Positions 1-8,529 of a stretch of DNA of 64,000 nucleotides are shown one piece after another. Position 1 is the stretch's first letter, and every line of letters starts with the position of its first letter. The position numbers and the translations under genes are program-made. Below the pieces are notes generated by a model. That model did no database searches and was not told where the DNA came from. It saw only the letters and a program-made list of their open reading frames with translations. Source of the DNA: an uncultured Chloroflexia bacterium (GTDB lineage Bacteria; Chloroflexota; Anaerolineae; Anaerolineales; UBA4823). The DNA is taken from contig CAVPMW010000010.1 in assembly GCA_963706515.1 (NCBI GenBank), positions 54,377-118,376 on the forward strand, written 5' to 3'.

Positions 1-678
1 TTTGCTCAGGCACTCGGAGCTGACCACGTGGTATAAGCCGCTTTCCTTCACAGCAAGCAAACGGAGCAGGATGCGCCCCAGGTCGTTTGCCAGTAATGGA
101 CAAAAGTAAATGTCGGTAAAGCCCGGGACTCGCTCACCAGCCTTGAGGTTATTGAAGAAAAATTCCGCCAGGCTGCGGTTCCCGCGCATGCTCCAGCCGA
201 ACAGGTTTACCCGAGCGATGAGCGCATCCGGATCAGCCTCCGCGACGGCCTGCTCGCCGGAGAGCTTGGTACGGGCATATACGCTCAGAGGCTGGGGCGG
301 ATCTGTCTCTGTGTAATTTCCCTTGAGCCCATCAAAGACTGCATCCGTGGAAACGTGCAGCAGGCGCGCTCCGCCCCTGGCGACACAGGTCGCCAGGATT
401 CGAGGCACCTCAGTGTTCAATTGGGCCGCCAGGGCCGGCTTGGCCTCGCATTCTTCCAGCATTACCATTGCCGCGCAATGGATGACCCAATCAGGTTGGG
501 TGCGTTCCAGGAGCGGCTCGATCATGCCTGGGGTCAGCAGGTCGCCTTCAATGGTTTGAAAGGCATCCGTCTTCAGACGATGACGGCTGACCAGCCCTAT
601 GACGGTATGCTCCTTCGCCGCCTCCAGCGCCAGGTTGAGGCCGAGAAGCCCGCTGGCGCCGGTGACGAGAATACGCAT
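1..678 (-). CDS. RmlD-family NAD(P)-dependent sugar-nucleotide reductase (3' end lies beyond window edge)
   Basis: Absent from the ORF track because it has no stop inside the window. My own reverse-strand translation from ATG 678..676 reads MRILVTGASGLLGLNLALEAAKEH...VIHCAAMV...LLHVSTDAVFDG...PLSVYARTKLSGE and stays open to nt 1. It has a GxxGxxG Rossmann motif and YxxxK. GGAG lies 8 nt upstream. Confidence 0.75.
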   Translation of the reverse strand, partial: MRILVTGASGLLGLNLALEAAKEHTVIGLVSRHRLKTDAFQTIEGDLLTPGMIEPLLERTQPDWVIHCAAMVMLEECEAKPALAAQLNTEVPRILATCVARGGARLLHVSTDAVFDGLKGNYTETDPPQPLSVYARTKLSGEQAVAEADPDALIARVNLFGWSMRGNRSLAEFFFNNLKAGERVPGFTDIYFCPLLANDLGRILLRLLAVKESGLYHVVSSECLSK

Positions 679-754
679 AACCGTATCTCCGCCGGTTGCC
701 TGGTTTAATTCCCTGCCCGGGCAGTGGCAACCATCCTGCCTGGAAGGGTTTTAC

Positions 755-1762
755 TCAGGACGCCGTGTCCTGCAACAGCTCCGCTTCGAGCGGAGAGATC
801 AGCTCCCGGATTTGTTGGATGGACAACTGCACAGGATTGGTATCGCTGCTGTAGCGAAATCCATCGGGCAAGCGCCTGCCTTTCGCCTCCCAGGAGTGTC
901 CAAACCAGAGTGGGGTGGTCGGCTGGACAACGAACATATCTTCCAGCTCAATCGTGCTGCGAGCCTCGTCCTCATTGATCAGGACTTCGTGGAGCTTTTC
1001 CCCAGGACGGATGCCGATCACTTCCAGCTCCGCCTGCGGGGCAATCACCCGGGCAAGGTCGATGAGGCGCGTCGAAGGGATTTTCGGCACGAAGACTTCT
1101 GCGCCGCTCATTTGCTCGATGCAGCGGATCACAAACCGCACACCCTGCTCGAGGGTGAGCCAAAAGCGGGTCATGCGGTCATCGGTAATGGTCAGCTTGC
1201 CGTTTGCCCGCTGCGTCAGAAAGATCGGGATAACACTTCCGCGGCTTCCGATGACGTTGCCATACCGTACGCAGCTAAACCGGGTGGCGGATCCGGCTGC
1301 ATAGGCGTTGCTCTGGACGATTAATTTTTCCGCCGCCAGCTTGGTCGCCCCATAAAGGTTGACCGGGTTAACGGCTTTGTCTGTGCTCAATGCGATCACT
1401 TTCTGGATGCCTGCATCCAGAGCTGCTTCGATGACGTTGCTGCTGCCGAGGATATTGGTTTTTATCGCTTCCAACGGGTTATACTCGCAGGCGGGCACCT
1501 GTTTTAAGGCAGCCGCGTGAACTACAACACTCACTCCATTCATCGCCCGCCGTAAGCGGTCCTGGTCGCGCACATCCCCGATGAAATAACGCAAGCTGGG
1601 ATGGTCATACCCGTTCACCCGCATCTCGTGCTGTTTTAGCTCGTCACGGCTGAAGACGATGACTTTCGCCGGCTGGTATTCGTCCAGGATGATGCGGATA
1701 AATTTCTTACCGAAGGAGCCGGTGCCCCCGGTCACCAAAATGACTTGTTCTTTCCAGTTCAT
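755..1762 (-). CDS. pseB: UDP-N-acetylglucosamine 4,6-dehydratase (inverting), PseB/FlaA1 type
   Basis: 335-aa ORF. Motifs LVTGGTGSFGK, SRDELKQ, FIGDVRD, HAAALKQVP..EYNP.EAIKTN, STDKAVNP.NLYGATKL, RYGNV.GSRGSVIP, RMTRFW.TL and GIRPGEKLHEV match my memory of H. pylori FlaA1/PseB almost block for block. Confidence 0.75.
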   Translation of the reverse strand: MNWKEQVILVTGGTGSFGKKFIRIILDEYQPAKVIVFSRDELKQHEMRVNGYDHPSLRYFIGDVRDQDRLRRAMNGVSVVVHAAALKQVPACEYNPLEAIKTNILGSSNVIEAALDAGIQKVIALSTDKAVNPVNLYGATKLAAEKLIVQSNAYAAGSATRFSCVRYGNVIGSRGSVIPIFLTQRANGKLTITDDRMTRFWLTLEQGVRFVIRCIEQMSGAEVFVPKIPSTRLIDLARVIAPQAELEVIGIRPGEKLHEVLINEDEARSTIELEDMFVVQPTTPLWFGHSWEAKGRRLPDGFRYSSDTNPVQLSIQQIRELISPLEAELLQDTAS

Positions 1763-2034
1763 AGCACGATCTCTTCTACAACCTGATAATTTCTAATCTG
1801 GATGGATGGTGATTCGATTAACTGCCAGAAACCGTCGACCAGACGGACGGCAAGCGGCAAGACCAGCCCAAATTCATCTGCTGCGTACAATTCTGGGACA
1901 ATCTCTTCGTAACCGGCAGGGAGCATCGGGGAGTCGAGTGCTTCTTCGAATGCCTGCCCTGGCGCAGAACGCCCCATTATAATCCACTCCTGGATGCGGT
2001 CAGATTCACAGGTTGACCATTCATGCGTAATCAT
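1759..2034 (-). CDS. hypothetical small protein (91 aa)
   Basis: Trimmed from ORF 1759..2130 to the ATG at 2034, which has AAGGGG 5 nt upstream and an ATGA overlap with the upstream reading frame. Its stop overlaps the pseB start. No recognisable motifs. Confidence 0.4.
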   Translation of the reverse strand: MITHEWSTCESDRIQEWIIMGRSAPGQAFEEALDSPMLPAGYEEIVPELYAADEFGLVLPLAVRLVDGFWQLIESPSIQIRNYQVVEEIVL

Positions 2035-2923
2035 GCAGACCCCTTGCGGATGACGATCAATGGGTACTGTCCATTTTCCCCAAAGAAATGCGGGAAGCGC
2101 TCTTCCAGCCAGTAGATTACGCTTAACCACTGCCGCCCCAGCAGCCTGGGATGGATCAAGCTGCGCATAAACCGCACGCTGAGGCTCCTCCAGACCAGGA
2201 TCTCAACCGGCATCTGAGAGCCCACGCGGGTTTTGATCCAGGCGACGTCGTGTCGGTTTGTAAAAGTGCCTTTGGCTTGCGCCGGCTCGCCGCCGGTTTG
2301 GGCAGGGTTTCCTTCGACCTTTTTTATTTCAGGCGGTTGAGCCGGCTCACCTTTCTCGTGCCCGAGGCGATTGCGCAATCCGGTTGCCCAGGCGGATCAA
2401 TGGGTCAGCGATGCGCATCAAGGTGGAGCTTGGCCAGCCGTTTACTACCACTGCATTCGCCTGTTCAGCCATTACCCGGTAAAGCTCCTGGTAAGCCTTC
2501 AGGTGCTCGCCTTCGGGCAAATGGTGGATCGTGTGCAGCGAGATTGCGGCATCGAAGCAGCCCGGCTTGAAGGGCAGATTGCGCGACGTCGGCGACCACG
2601 TACAGCCCATGCTCTCCGATTCGCTTGCGAGCCTCCTTAATTGCCGTCTGCGAGAGATCAACACAGACGCGGTACTGGTAGCTGCGCGAGTATTCCAGGT
2701 ACTCCGGGTATTGGATCGGACCAGAACCCGCGTCTAACAGGTAGGTTCCTTGCGGTTTAAGGTGACGCGCGACGCGCAGGTGGCAGCGGTGTATATAATC
2801 GTGTGCAACCGGGCGCAGATCTTCGTAGCGAGCATTCTGGTATACGTCTTCACCGACAAGCTGCCACCCAACCTGGTCATAGAATTCGCGCACCTGCTGT
2901 TTAATCTGCGGCTCACTGCTCAT
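2031..2923 (-). pseudogene. class I SAM-dependent methyltransferase interrupted by two frameshifts (or two indel errors)
   Basis: Three consecutive minus ORFs in three different frames (2465..2923, 2347..2664, 2031..2378) read as one protein: ...YLLDAGSGPIQ...HGLYVVADV / NLPFKPGCFDAAISLHTIHHLPEGEH...VVVNGW / ...GTFTNRHDVAWIKTRVGSQMPVEILVWRSLSVRF...WLEERFPHFFGENGQYPLIVIRK. The shifts lie near 2583 and near 2360-2375. Confidence 0.65.
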
Positions 2924-4566
2924 GAGTAGCTTTCTTCTTCTATGACCTCAGGGGTACGGTAGTCGCGAGGGAAACCAGCCAGGCAGTTGAATGCCTCACC
3001 GAACCTGGCTTGCCCTTCAGGTGATAGGACGCGTTCCACCGACCACGCTTCCTGCTCTGAGCCGAAGCCGAGCAGATGCCAGGGAAAAGGCAGCGGGTAA
3101 TTGAAGAAAAAGCGGTAAGCGTACCTCCAGGCAAGCTCGATCTTTTCTTTTTCCAGGCGGAAAGCAGGAAGATCCCCCAGGACTATTTTTACCGTATCGA
3201 AATACTCTTGCCATGAACCTGGGTCGCGGGTAAATCCCTTCCCCCGGTAGTGGGTTTGACCGGCAACGATCACCGGCATTCCACTCATCGCCATCTCCAG
3301 GCCGACCGTTGTCGTATAGACCAGCCCCAGGTCCGAGATTTGCAGCAGATCATAGGTGTTCACCGGGTCATCCGCAGCCACCAGGCGCAGATTCTCGGGA
3401 AGGCTGGGTAAGACCGAGCGAACGACGTCTGCTACTGAAGGACCTTTGGTGTAGCGCTCGCCTGGGTGAATGCGAATAACAAACTGCACGTCGCCCAGCT
3501 CGGCAAATAAGCAGGCGGTTCGCTGCAGCCATTCGGTCATCGTCTGGCTGAAGCACTGGCGACCTAAGGTCAGGCTGTCGCCGATCACGTTGGCTGCCAG
3601 CAAAACGATTGGACGCTGGTCCAGGGCAAGGTCCTGCCTGGTTTTTTCTCCGCCCTGACCGGGCTGCCCCTGCCACAGGCGGGCAAAGTTCTCCCACAGA
3701 CTGGCTTGCTGGCGTGAAGCGAAGAGCGACTGAACCTGCTGCCATTCAGAGGCAGTAAGCGGGTGATCTTTATACTCTTTCCAAAGATCGGTTGTGTCCT
3801 GCCGCATGACTTCGTCGTTTTGGGCGAGCCAGATACGTCCGCGCTGTTCGCCGAACTCGTAGGTCACGGTCGGAATTCCCAGGAAGCGCGCCACCTGGTA
3901 CAGGACGCCCATCTCCAGGATCATCCCGTTGGGGATGACGATCACCTCAGGCTCCCTTGCTCTCAGCCAGGTCAGGGCTGCTGAGGCTGCCTGGTTGTTG
4001 CGCTCCAGCCTGAGGCGGTAAAGGCTGGCAGAGGGAGAGTTTGCGCCATCCGCAGCAAAATCTTCGAGCTGGAGCGTGTATTGGACGTCGCGCGCCGTCA
4101 CCTCCCGGATCGCCTGGCTGAGGCTGGCAGGCAAGCTGTTCGTCTTTGATTTAATATCCAGCAGTGAGACGACGTCGATCAATGGAGCGGCTTTCTCCAA
4201 AATACTGGCAATATACGCATTCTGACGGCGCAGGTCAAAGCGAGTGATCGCTGTCCGCCAGCTGGTATAAGGCAGGTAAGCCATACTCACCTGATGACCC
4301 AATCCCGCCATGCTGCAGCTTAATAAAGCGCTGTACTCAATCCAGTAGCGCAAGGTCGCAAACAGGGCAATTTTTTTGCCAGGGAGCGCCCGCGCACGCG
4401 CAGATTCAGCTTGAGAGCGCCATTCCGGCAGCCATTGCTCAATGCTTTTCAAAGAGCTGCTCTTGCTGAGCGGCTTGCCTTGCTGGCGAAACTGCCAGTA
4501 CAGCTCGGCAGTGAAAGGCAGCTCACCGAGGATGTGCTTGACGGATTTTTTGTAAGCCTGCACCAT
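2920..4566 (-). CDS. GT-B-like capsule polysaccharide biosynthesis protein (Capsule_synth, KpsS/KpsC-like)
   Basis: Trimmed from ORF 2920..4632 to ATG 4566 (GGGAG 8 nt upstream, 1-nt overlap with the wzt stop). The C-terminal half, ...RPIVLLAANVIGDS...FVIRIHPGERY...LGLVYTTTVGLEMAMSGMPVIVAG..., resembles the HP-motif nucleotide-sugar domain of KpsS/KpsC-type proteins. It sits directly next to wzm/wzt. Confidence 0.45.
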   Translation of the reverse strand: MVQAYKKSVKHILGELPFTAELYWQFRQQGKPLSKSSSLKSIEQWLPEWRSQAESARARALPGKKIALFATLRYWIEYSALLSCSMAGLGHQVSMAYLPYTSWRTAITRFDLRRQNAYIASILEKAAPLIDVVSLLDIKSKTNSLPASLSQAIREVTARDVQYTLQLEDFAADGANSPSASLYRLRLERNNQAASAALTWLRAREPEVIVIPNGMILEMGVLYQVARFLGIPTVTYEFGEQRGRIWLAQNDEVMRQDTTDLWKEYKDHPLTASEWQQVQSLFASRQQASLWENFARLWQGQPGQGGEKTRQDLALDQRPIVLLAANVIGDSLTLGRQCFSQTMTEWLQRTACLFAELGDVQFVIRIHPGERYTKGPSVADVVRSVLPSLPENLRLVAADDPVNTYDLLQISDLGLVYTTTVGLEMAMSGMPVIVAGQTHYRGKGFTRDPGSWQEYFDTVKIVLGDLPAFRLEKEKIELAWRYAYRFFFNYPLPFPWHLLGFGSEQEAWSVERVLSPEGQARFGEAFNCLAGFPRDYRTPEVIEEESYS

Positions 4567-5837
4567 CAACCAATCTCCCGGATTTGCCAATCTAATCGAG
4601 GCCGGAGAGGACCCAGGCGGGGTTCCGCCCACTGGACACCCGGTGACCCGGTGGCATCTACATTGAAAGAGAGGGCGTGTTCATCCTGGAAGAAGCGGCG
4701 AACGCGGAATGAGCTGGCGTTGACGCCCAGAACGTAACGTCCTTCATTGAGCAGGTCGGCAGGAATCTCAACCCGGCTGACGTAGCGCCCCGCAAGCCGT
4801 ACTCCGAACTGCTTGAACTCGCGCGGGTTATCGGTATCGAACGAAGTGAAGATGAGATCACCAAGGGTCGAGAACAGGTAGATTCCCACCCGTAAACCCG
4901 TAATGGCTGAATCAAGAGAATATTCCATCTCAATCGTGAAGGATTCGGTTGAGCGGATGGTATCGGTGATCTTTCCCTGGGAGCTGCGTAAACGCAGAGC
5001 AAGCGGCTTGAAGGGAGCAATATCGGGGGACAATTCATCTGGCTGCCAGCAGCGCTCGCCTGTCTGGGAAAATCCTGAGGAGAGGTAATAATCCACCGCC
5101 TGAGCAGAAGGGGCCTGATAAATAATCCGCCCTTTTTCCAGCACGATTGTAGTCTCTGTCAGGCGCAGAATGGCTGACATGTTATGGCTGACAAACAGCA
5201 CTGTCCGTCCTTCCTGCGCCACGTCGCTCATCTTGCCGAGGCACTTGCGCTGGAACTCGGCGTCGCCGACCGCCAGGACTTCATCGACCACCAGGATTTC
5301 AGGCTCCATGTGGGCTGCCACAGCGAAAGCCAAACGCAGATACATCCCGCTTGAGTAGCGCTTAACCGGCGTATCGATGAATTTCTCTACCCCTGAGAAT
5401 TCGACGATTTCATCAAACTTCCGCTGGATTTCCTTGCGGTGCATCCCGAGGATGGCTCCGTTCAGGGCAATATTCTCCCTCCCGGTCAGCTCAGGGTGAA
5501 AACCGGTGCCGACTTCCAGCAGGGAGCCGACCCGTCCATGGATTTCAGCAAATCCTTCCGTTGGCTCCGTCACTCGCGAAAGGATCTTCAGCAGGGTGCT
5601 CTTACCCGCACCGTTCCTGCCGATCACACCCAGGACATTCCCTTTTTGAACTTCGAAAGAAACATCTTTGAGCGCCCAGATAATCTCCTTTTTAGGCGGT
5701 AAGTCCTTGCGGAGCACTTTGATAGGCCAGTGGACGGCGTCGCTCAAGCTGTCGCGCAGCGTCTTATACCGCTCGGTGTTGATCCCGATGCGGAACGCTT
5801 TTCCCAGGCTGTCCACCCGGATTGCAGTATCACTCAT
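4566..5837 (-). CDS. wzt: polysaccharide ABC exporter ATP-binding protein with C-terminal Wzt_C-like carbohydrate-binding domain
   Basis: 423 aa. Walker A GRNGAGKST, signature YSSGM, Walker B ILVVDE. About 170 extra C-terminal residues follow the ATPase core, as in O-antigen Wzt proteins. It lies adjacent to an ABC-2 permease. Confidence 0.8.
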   Translation of the reverse strand: MSDTAIRVDSLGKAFRIGINTERYKTLRDSLSDAVHWPIKVLRKDLPPKKEIIWALKDVSFEVQKGNVLGVIGRNGAGKSTLLKILSRVTEPTEGFAEIHGRVGSLLEVGTGFHPELTGRENIALNGAILGMHRKEIQRKFDEIVEFSGVEKFIDTPVKRYSSGMYLRLAFAVAAHMEPEILVVDEVLAVGDAEFQRKCLGKMSDVAQEGRTVLFVSHNMSAILRLTETTIVLEKGRIIYQAPSAQAVDYYLSSGFSQTGERCWQPDELSPDIAPFKPLALRLRSSQGKITDTIRSTESFTIEMEYSLDSAITGLRVGIYLFSTLGDLIFTSFDTDNPREFKQFGVRLAGRYVSRVEIPADLLNEGRYVLGVNASSFRVRRFFQDEHALSFNVDATGSPGVQWAEPRLGPLRPRLDWQIREIG

Positions 5838-5864
5838 CTGTATTGCCTGCCAACGACATCGGGA

Positions 5865-6719
5865 TTACACCATATCTGCAAAGGTGCGCTCCATCCTGCG
5901 AAAGTAATACATCCCGGAAATCAATAGAATAAGTGCAATCACAGTAGATGAGGTTATAGCCAGCATGGATGGAGGAGGCGTCCCAACCAACGCCCAGCGA
6001 AAACCTACCACCACAGCTGACATTGGATTGAGGATATTCAAAACCTGAAGTTTTACCGAAAAGGAGTTAGGCGCATATCCGACCGGGGTCAGCAGCAGCC
6101 AGAATTGGGTTAAAAACGGGAGAATGTAATTCACATCTCGGTAGAGGACGTTCAATGCAGAGAGCCATAACCCTACTCCTAATGCAGTGATAAGGCTCAG
6201 TAATAGAAAGAACGGGAGTGTCAGCATATTCCTGGTCAGAGGATATTTGTAGAAATACATCATAAAAAGCAGAACCACAAACTGGATAGCGAAATCGACG
6301 AGCCCGCCCAGAACGGATGAAAGCGGGATGATCATGCGTGGGAAATAGACCTTTGTGATCATGGTACGGTTCGAGAGCATTGATCTTCCAGCATCGTTCA
6401 AAGCCTTACTGAACAATCCCCAGGGCAAGAGAGCAGAAAATGTGAACAATGGACGGGGGATACCCTGGGTACCCAGGTTTCCTAAGGTACCAAAGATCAG
6501 GTTTAATACAACCATGTTGATCACGGGGTTGATGATCGCCCAGGCTGCGCCCAACACCGTCTGCTTGTAGCGGACGATAACATCCCGCCAGGTGAGGAAA
6601 TAGACCAACTCCCGGTAGATCCATATATCTTTAAGGTTTAGGGTCGACCAGCCTCGGGAAGGTTTGAGGAGGATGACCTCTTCTGCCTGAGTTTGCGGGG
6701 TCAGTGATGTATCGGTCAT
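5865..6719 (-). CDS. wzm: ABC-2 type polysaccharide export permease
   Basis: 284 aa, about 6 hydrophobic segments. The N-terminal ...[31 protein letters not shown]... block is typical of Wzm/TagG/KpsM. ATGA overlap with fcl. Confidence 0.8.
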   Translation of the reverse strand: MTDTSLTPQTQAEEVILLKPSRGWSTLNLKDIWIYRELVYFLTWRDVIVRYKQTVLGAAWAIINPVINMVVLNLIFGTLGNLGTQGIPRPLFTFSALLPWGLFSKALNDAGRSMLSNRTMITKVYFPRMIIPLSSVLGGLVDFAIQFVVLLFMMYFYKYPLTRNMLTLPFFLLLSLITALGVGLWLSALNVLYRDVNYILPFLTQFWLLLTPVGYAPNSFSVKLQVLNILNPMSAVVVGFRWALVGTPPPSMLAITSSTVIALILLISGMYYFRRMERTFADMV

Positions 6720-7750
6720 GATAGTATGCCCATCAACCCTTTTGGAGTCTCTGCGATTTGGCTTTCATGCTCCTTGTACCAGGCAATTGTCCTCCGCAGT
6801 CCTTCTTCGAAGGTCATTTTTGCCTTGAAGCCGAAATATTCTTGTGCTCGGCTCACATCCAACGCCCGCCGCGGCTGCCCGTTTGGTTTGCTGGTGTCCC
6901 ATACGATCTTGCCTTCGAAGCCGGTAAGGCGGCTGATCGTATTTGCCAGATCGTGGATGCTGATCTCGGTGCCTGCGCCCAGGTTGACCGGATCAGGTCC
7001 GTTATAGCGCTCGGCTGCCAGCAGTATTCCTTCTGCGGCGTCCTCGACGTATAAGAACTCCCGCGTCGGAGAGCCATCGCCCCATAAAACCACCTCGTGC
7101 TGGCCTCTTTCCTGAGCCTCGATGAACTTATGGATGAGGGCTGGGATAACGTGGGAGGTCTCTAAATTGAAGTTGTCCCGCGGCCCGTACAGGTTGACCG
7201 GAAGCAAGTAAATGGCATTGAACCCATACTGCTCGCGGTACGTTTGAGCCTGTACCAGCAGCATCTTCTTGGCGAGACCGTAAGGGGCATTCGTCTCTTC
7301 TGGATAACCTTCCCAGAGATTCTTTTCCTGAAACGGCATTGGGGTGAATTTCGGATAGGCGCAGATCGTCCCAATGGCAACAAACTTATCAATCCCCAGC
7401 TTCCAGGCCTGGTGCATCAGCTGGACGCCCATCATCAAGTTGATGTAGAAGAAATCAGCAGGGCGCGCGCGGTTTGCGCCGATCCCCCCAGCAAGGGCGG
7501 CGAGGTGGATGACAATCGTTTTAAGTTGTCCATCCGGGCGGTCTTCAAGCGCATCTGCATACATCCTTTGGATGTCGACCAGGTTTACAAGGTCATAGTT
7601 TTCAATCTTGGGTATAAAAATTTGCGCAGCCCCTAGCTTTTGAAGCTTTTGAGTTACAAATGAGCCCAGAAAGCCCGCTCCACCGGTCAGGACCACCCGC
7701 TTATCTTTCCAAAAAGTCGTTGTTATTGAAAGATTTTCATTAGCTTCCAT
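6716..7750 (-). CDS. fcl: GDP-L-fucose synthase (GDP-4-keto-6-deoxymannose 3,5-epimerase/4-reductase)
   Basis: 344 aa. Motifs [30 protein letters not shown]....[26 protein letters not shown] and N.G.G.E.SI..LA. GGAG lies 7 nt upstream. Confidence 0.8.
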   Translation of the reverse strand: MEANENLSITTTFWKDKRVVLTGGAGFLGSFVTQKLQKLGAAQIFIPKIENYDLVNLVDIQRMYADALEDRPDGQLKTIVIHLAALAGGIGANRARPADFFYINLMMGVQLMHQAWKLGIDKFVAIGTICAYPKFTPMPFQEKNLWEGYPEETNAPYGLAKKMLLVQAQTYREQYGFNAIYLLPVNLYGPRDNFNLETSHVIPALIHKFIEAQERGQHEVVLWGDGSPTREFLYVEDAAEGILLAAERYNGPDPVNLGAGTEISIHDLANTISRLTGFEGKIVWDTSKPNGQPRRALDVSRAQEYFGFKAKMTFEEGLRRTIAWYKEHESQIAETPKGLMGILS

Positions 7751-7818
7751 CTGTTAACTCCGCTGCATAGACATTTACTGTACGACGAATGGTGTGTTGC
7801 GGTAAAGGGCATCCGTCA

Positions 7819-7875
7819 GGTCATAGAGCAACCTGCAGGTCATGGAGCAACCTGCGGGTCACAGATCAACCCGCT
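7819..7875. repeat. three tandem 19-nt direct repeats in the regulator-fcl intergenic region
   Basis: GGTCATAGAGCAACCTGCA / GGTCATGGAGCAACCTGCG / GGTCACAGATCAACCCGCT. Copies 1 and 2 share 17/19 positions; copies 2 and 3 share 14/19. They are followed by the small palindrome CTGCAGAGCGTGCAG. Confidence 0.85.
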
Positions 7876-7972
7876 CTGCAGAGCGTGCAGCACTTTACGG
7901 ATGCCATGATCAAACTCCAGGAAGTAGCCAGCCCGCCGGTAATTATTATATGGTTCAGCTCATCCACAGGGT

Positions 7973-8455
7973 TCATTTTCCATCCGCCAATTGCAGGTAT
8001 ATTTTTGCCCCACGGATCTCTAGGGAAGGGATATCTTCTGTATCGCTTACCCGGATTCCTTGCTCCAGGCAGGTCAGGCGGCAGATGTCGGCAATATCGC
8101 CGTCGCCAATAATCCGAACGCGGTCAAATCCATTAGCTTTCACCTCAACTAAAAGCTCACGGACGTGGTCACGCGTCCTATGATAGAGGTGCATGGAATT
8201 TTCTATATAATTTACTGTAAGACGAGCGCGGAATGCCAGCCCCTCCGGAGTAATGATGTAGCGTAATTTTTTCCGTTGGGCGCGTTTTACCTTGACGTAG
8301 CCTTTGGCAATCATTCGCTTGAGATGCCAGTTGACCGTGCCTACTGCCACACCAAGCTGCGCGGCCATTGTCGCCTGATTAATATCCGGGTCATGCTCGA
8401 TTTGCTCGAGCATGATCAGATCTCGGTCGGATTCTGCTGCGGATTGGTTATCCAT
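7973..8455 (-). CDS. winged-helix (MarR-like, EPS-locus-associated type) transcriptional regulator with extra C-terminal domain
   Basis: 160 aa. The segment ...INQATMAAQLGVAVGTVNWHLKRMIAKGYVKVKRAQRKKLRYIITPEGLAFRARLT... fits the pattern I recall for EPS-associated MarR regulators (LG.S.GK.NY.LK.L..KG.VK......K..Y.LTP.G). About 60 further residues (VRIIGDGDIADI...) follow. Confidence 0.65.
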   Translation of the reverse strand: MDNQSAAESDRDLIMLEQIEHDPDINQATMAAQLGVAVGTVNWHLKRMIAKGYVKVKRAQRKKLRYIITPEGLAFRARLTVNYIENSMHLYHRTRDHVRELLVEVKANGFDRVRIIGDGDIADICRLTCLEQGIRVSDTEDIPSLEIRGAKIYLQLADGK

Positions 8456-8458
8456 AAT

Positions 8459-8482
8459 CTAAAATTCAATAACTGAATTATA
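8459..8482 (-). promoter_or_regulatory. candidate -10 box plus palindromic operator (copy 1, upstream of the regulator gene)
   Basis: The plus strand reads CTAAAATTCA-ATAAC-TGAATTATA, which is TATAATTCA-N5-TGAATTTTAG on the coding strand. The inverted repeat AATTCA/TGAATT lies at 8463..8479, and TATAAT lies 21 nt before the ATG. The same 19 fixed positions recur at 10394..10417 and 27880..27903. Confidence 0.6.
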
Positions 8483-8529
8483 ACATGAGTTAGACTTCGG
8501 CTTTAATCTCGAATGCCGTAAACAAAGAG

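Noticed and set aside
713-724. Perfect 12-nt palindrome CTGCCCGGGCAG between pseB and the RmlD-like gene, considered as a terminator or operator.
   Set aside because: It leaves no loop for a stable hairpin, has no T-tract and occurs once. It also contains a SmaI/XmaI-type site that is expected by chance in GC-rich DNA.
2340-2600. Programmed ribosomal frameshifting to explain the split methyltransferase.
   Set aside because: There is no slippery heptamer (X XXY YYZ) and no obvious downstream stimulatory structure at either site. Two shifts in different directions within one small enzyme have no precedent that I know of. Indel or pseudogene is the more parsimonious explanation.
7819-7875. The tandem 19-nt repeats as a possible mini-CRISPR array.
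   Set aside because: The repeats are directly abutting with no spacers, there are only three copies, the units are too short, and no cas genes are present in the window.
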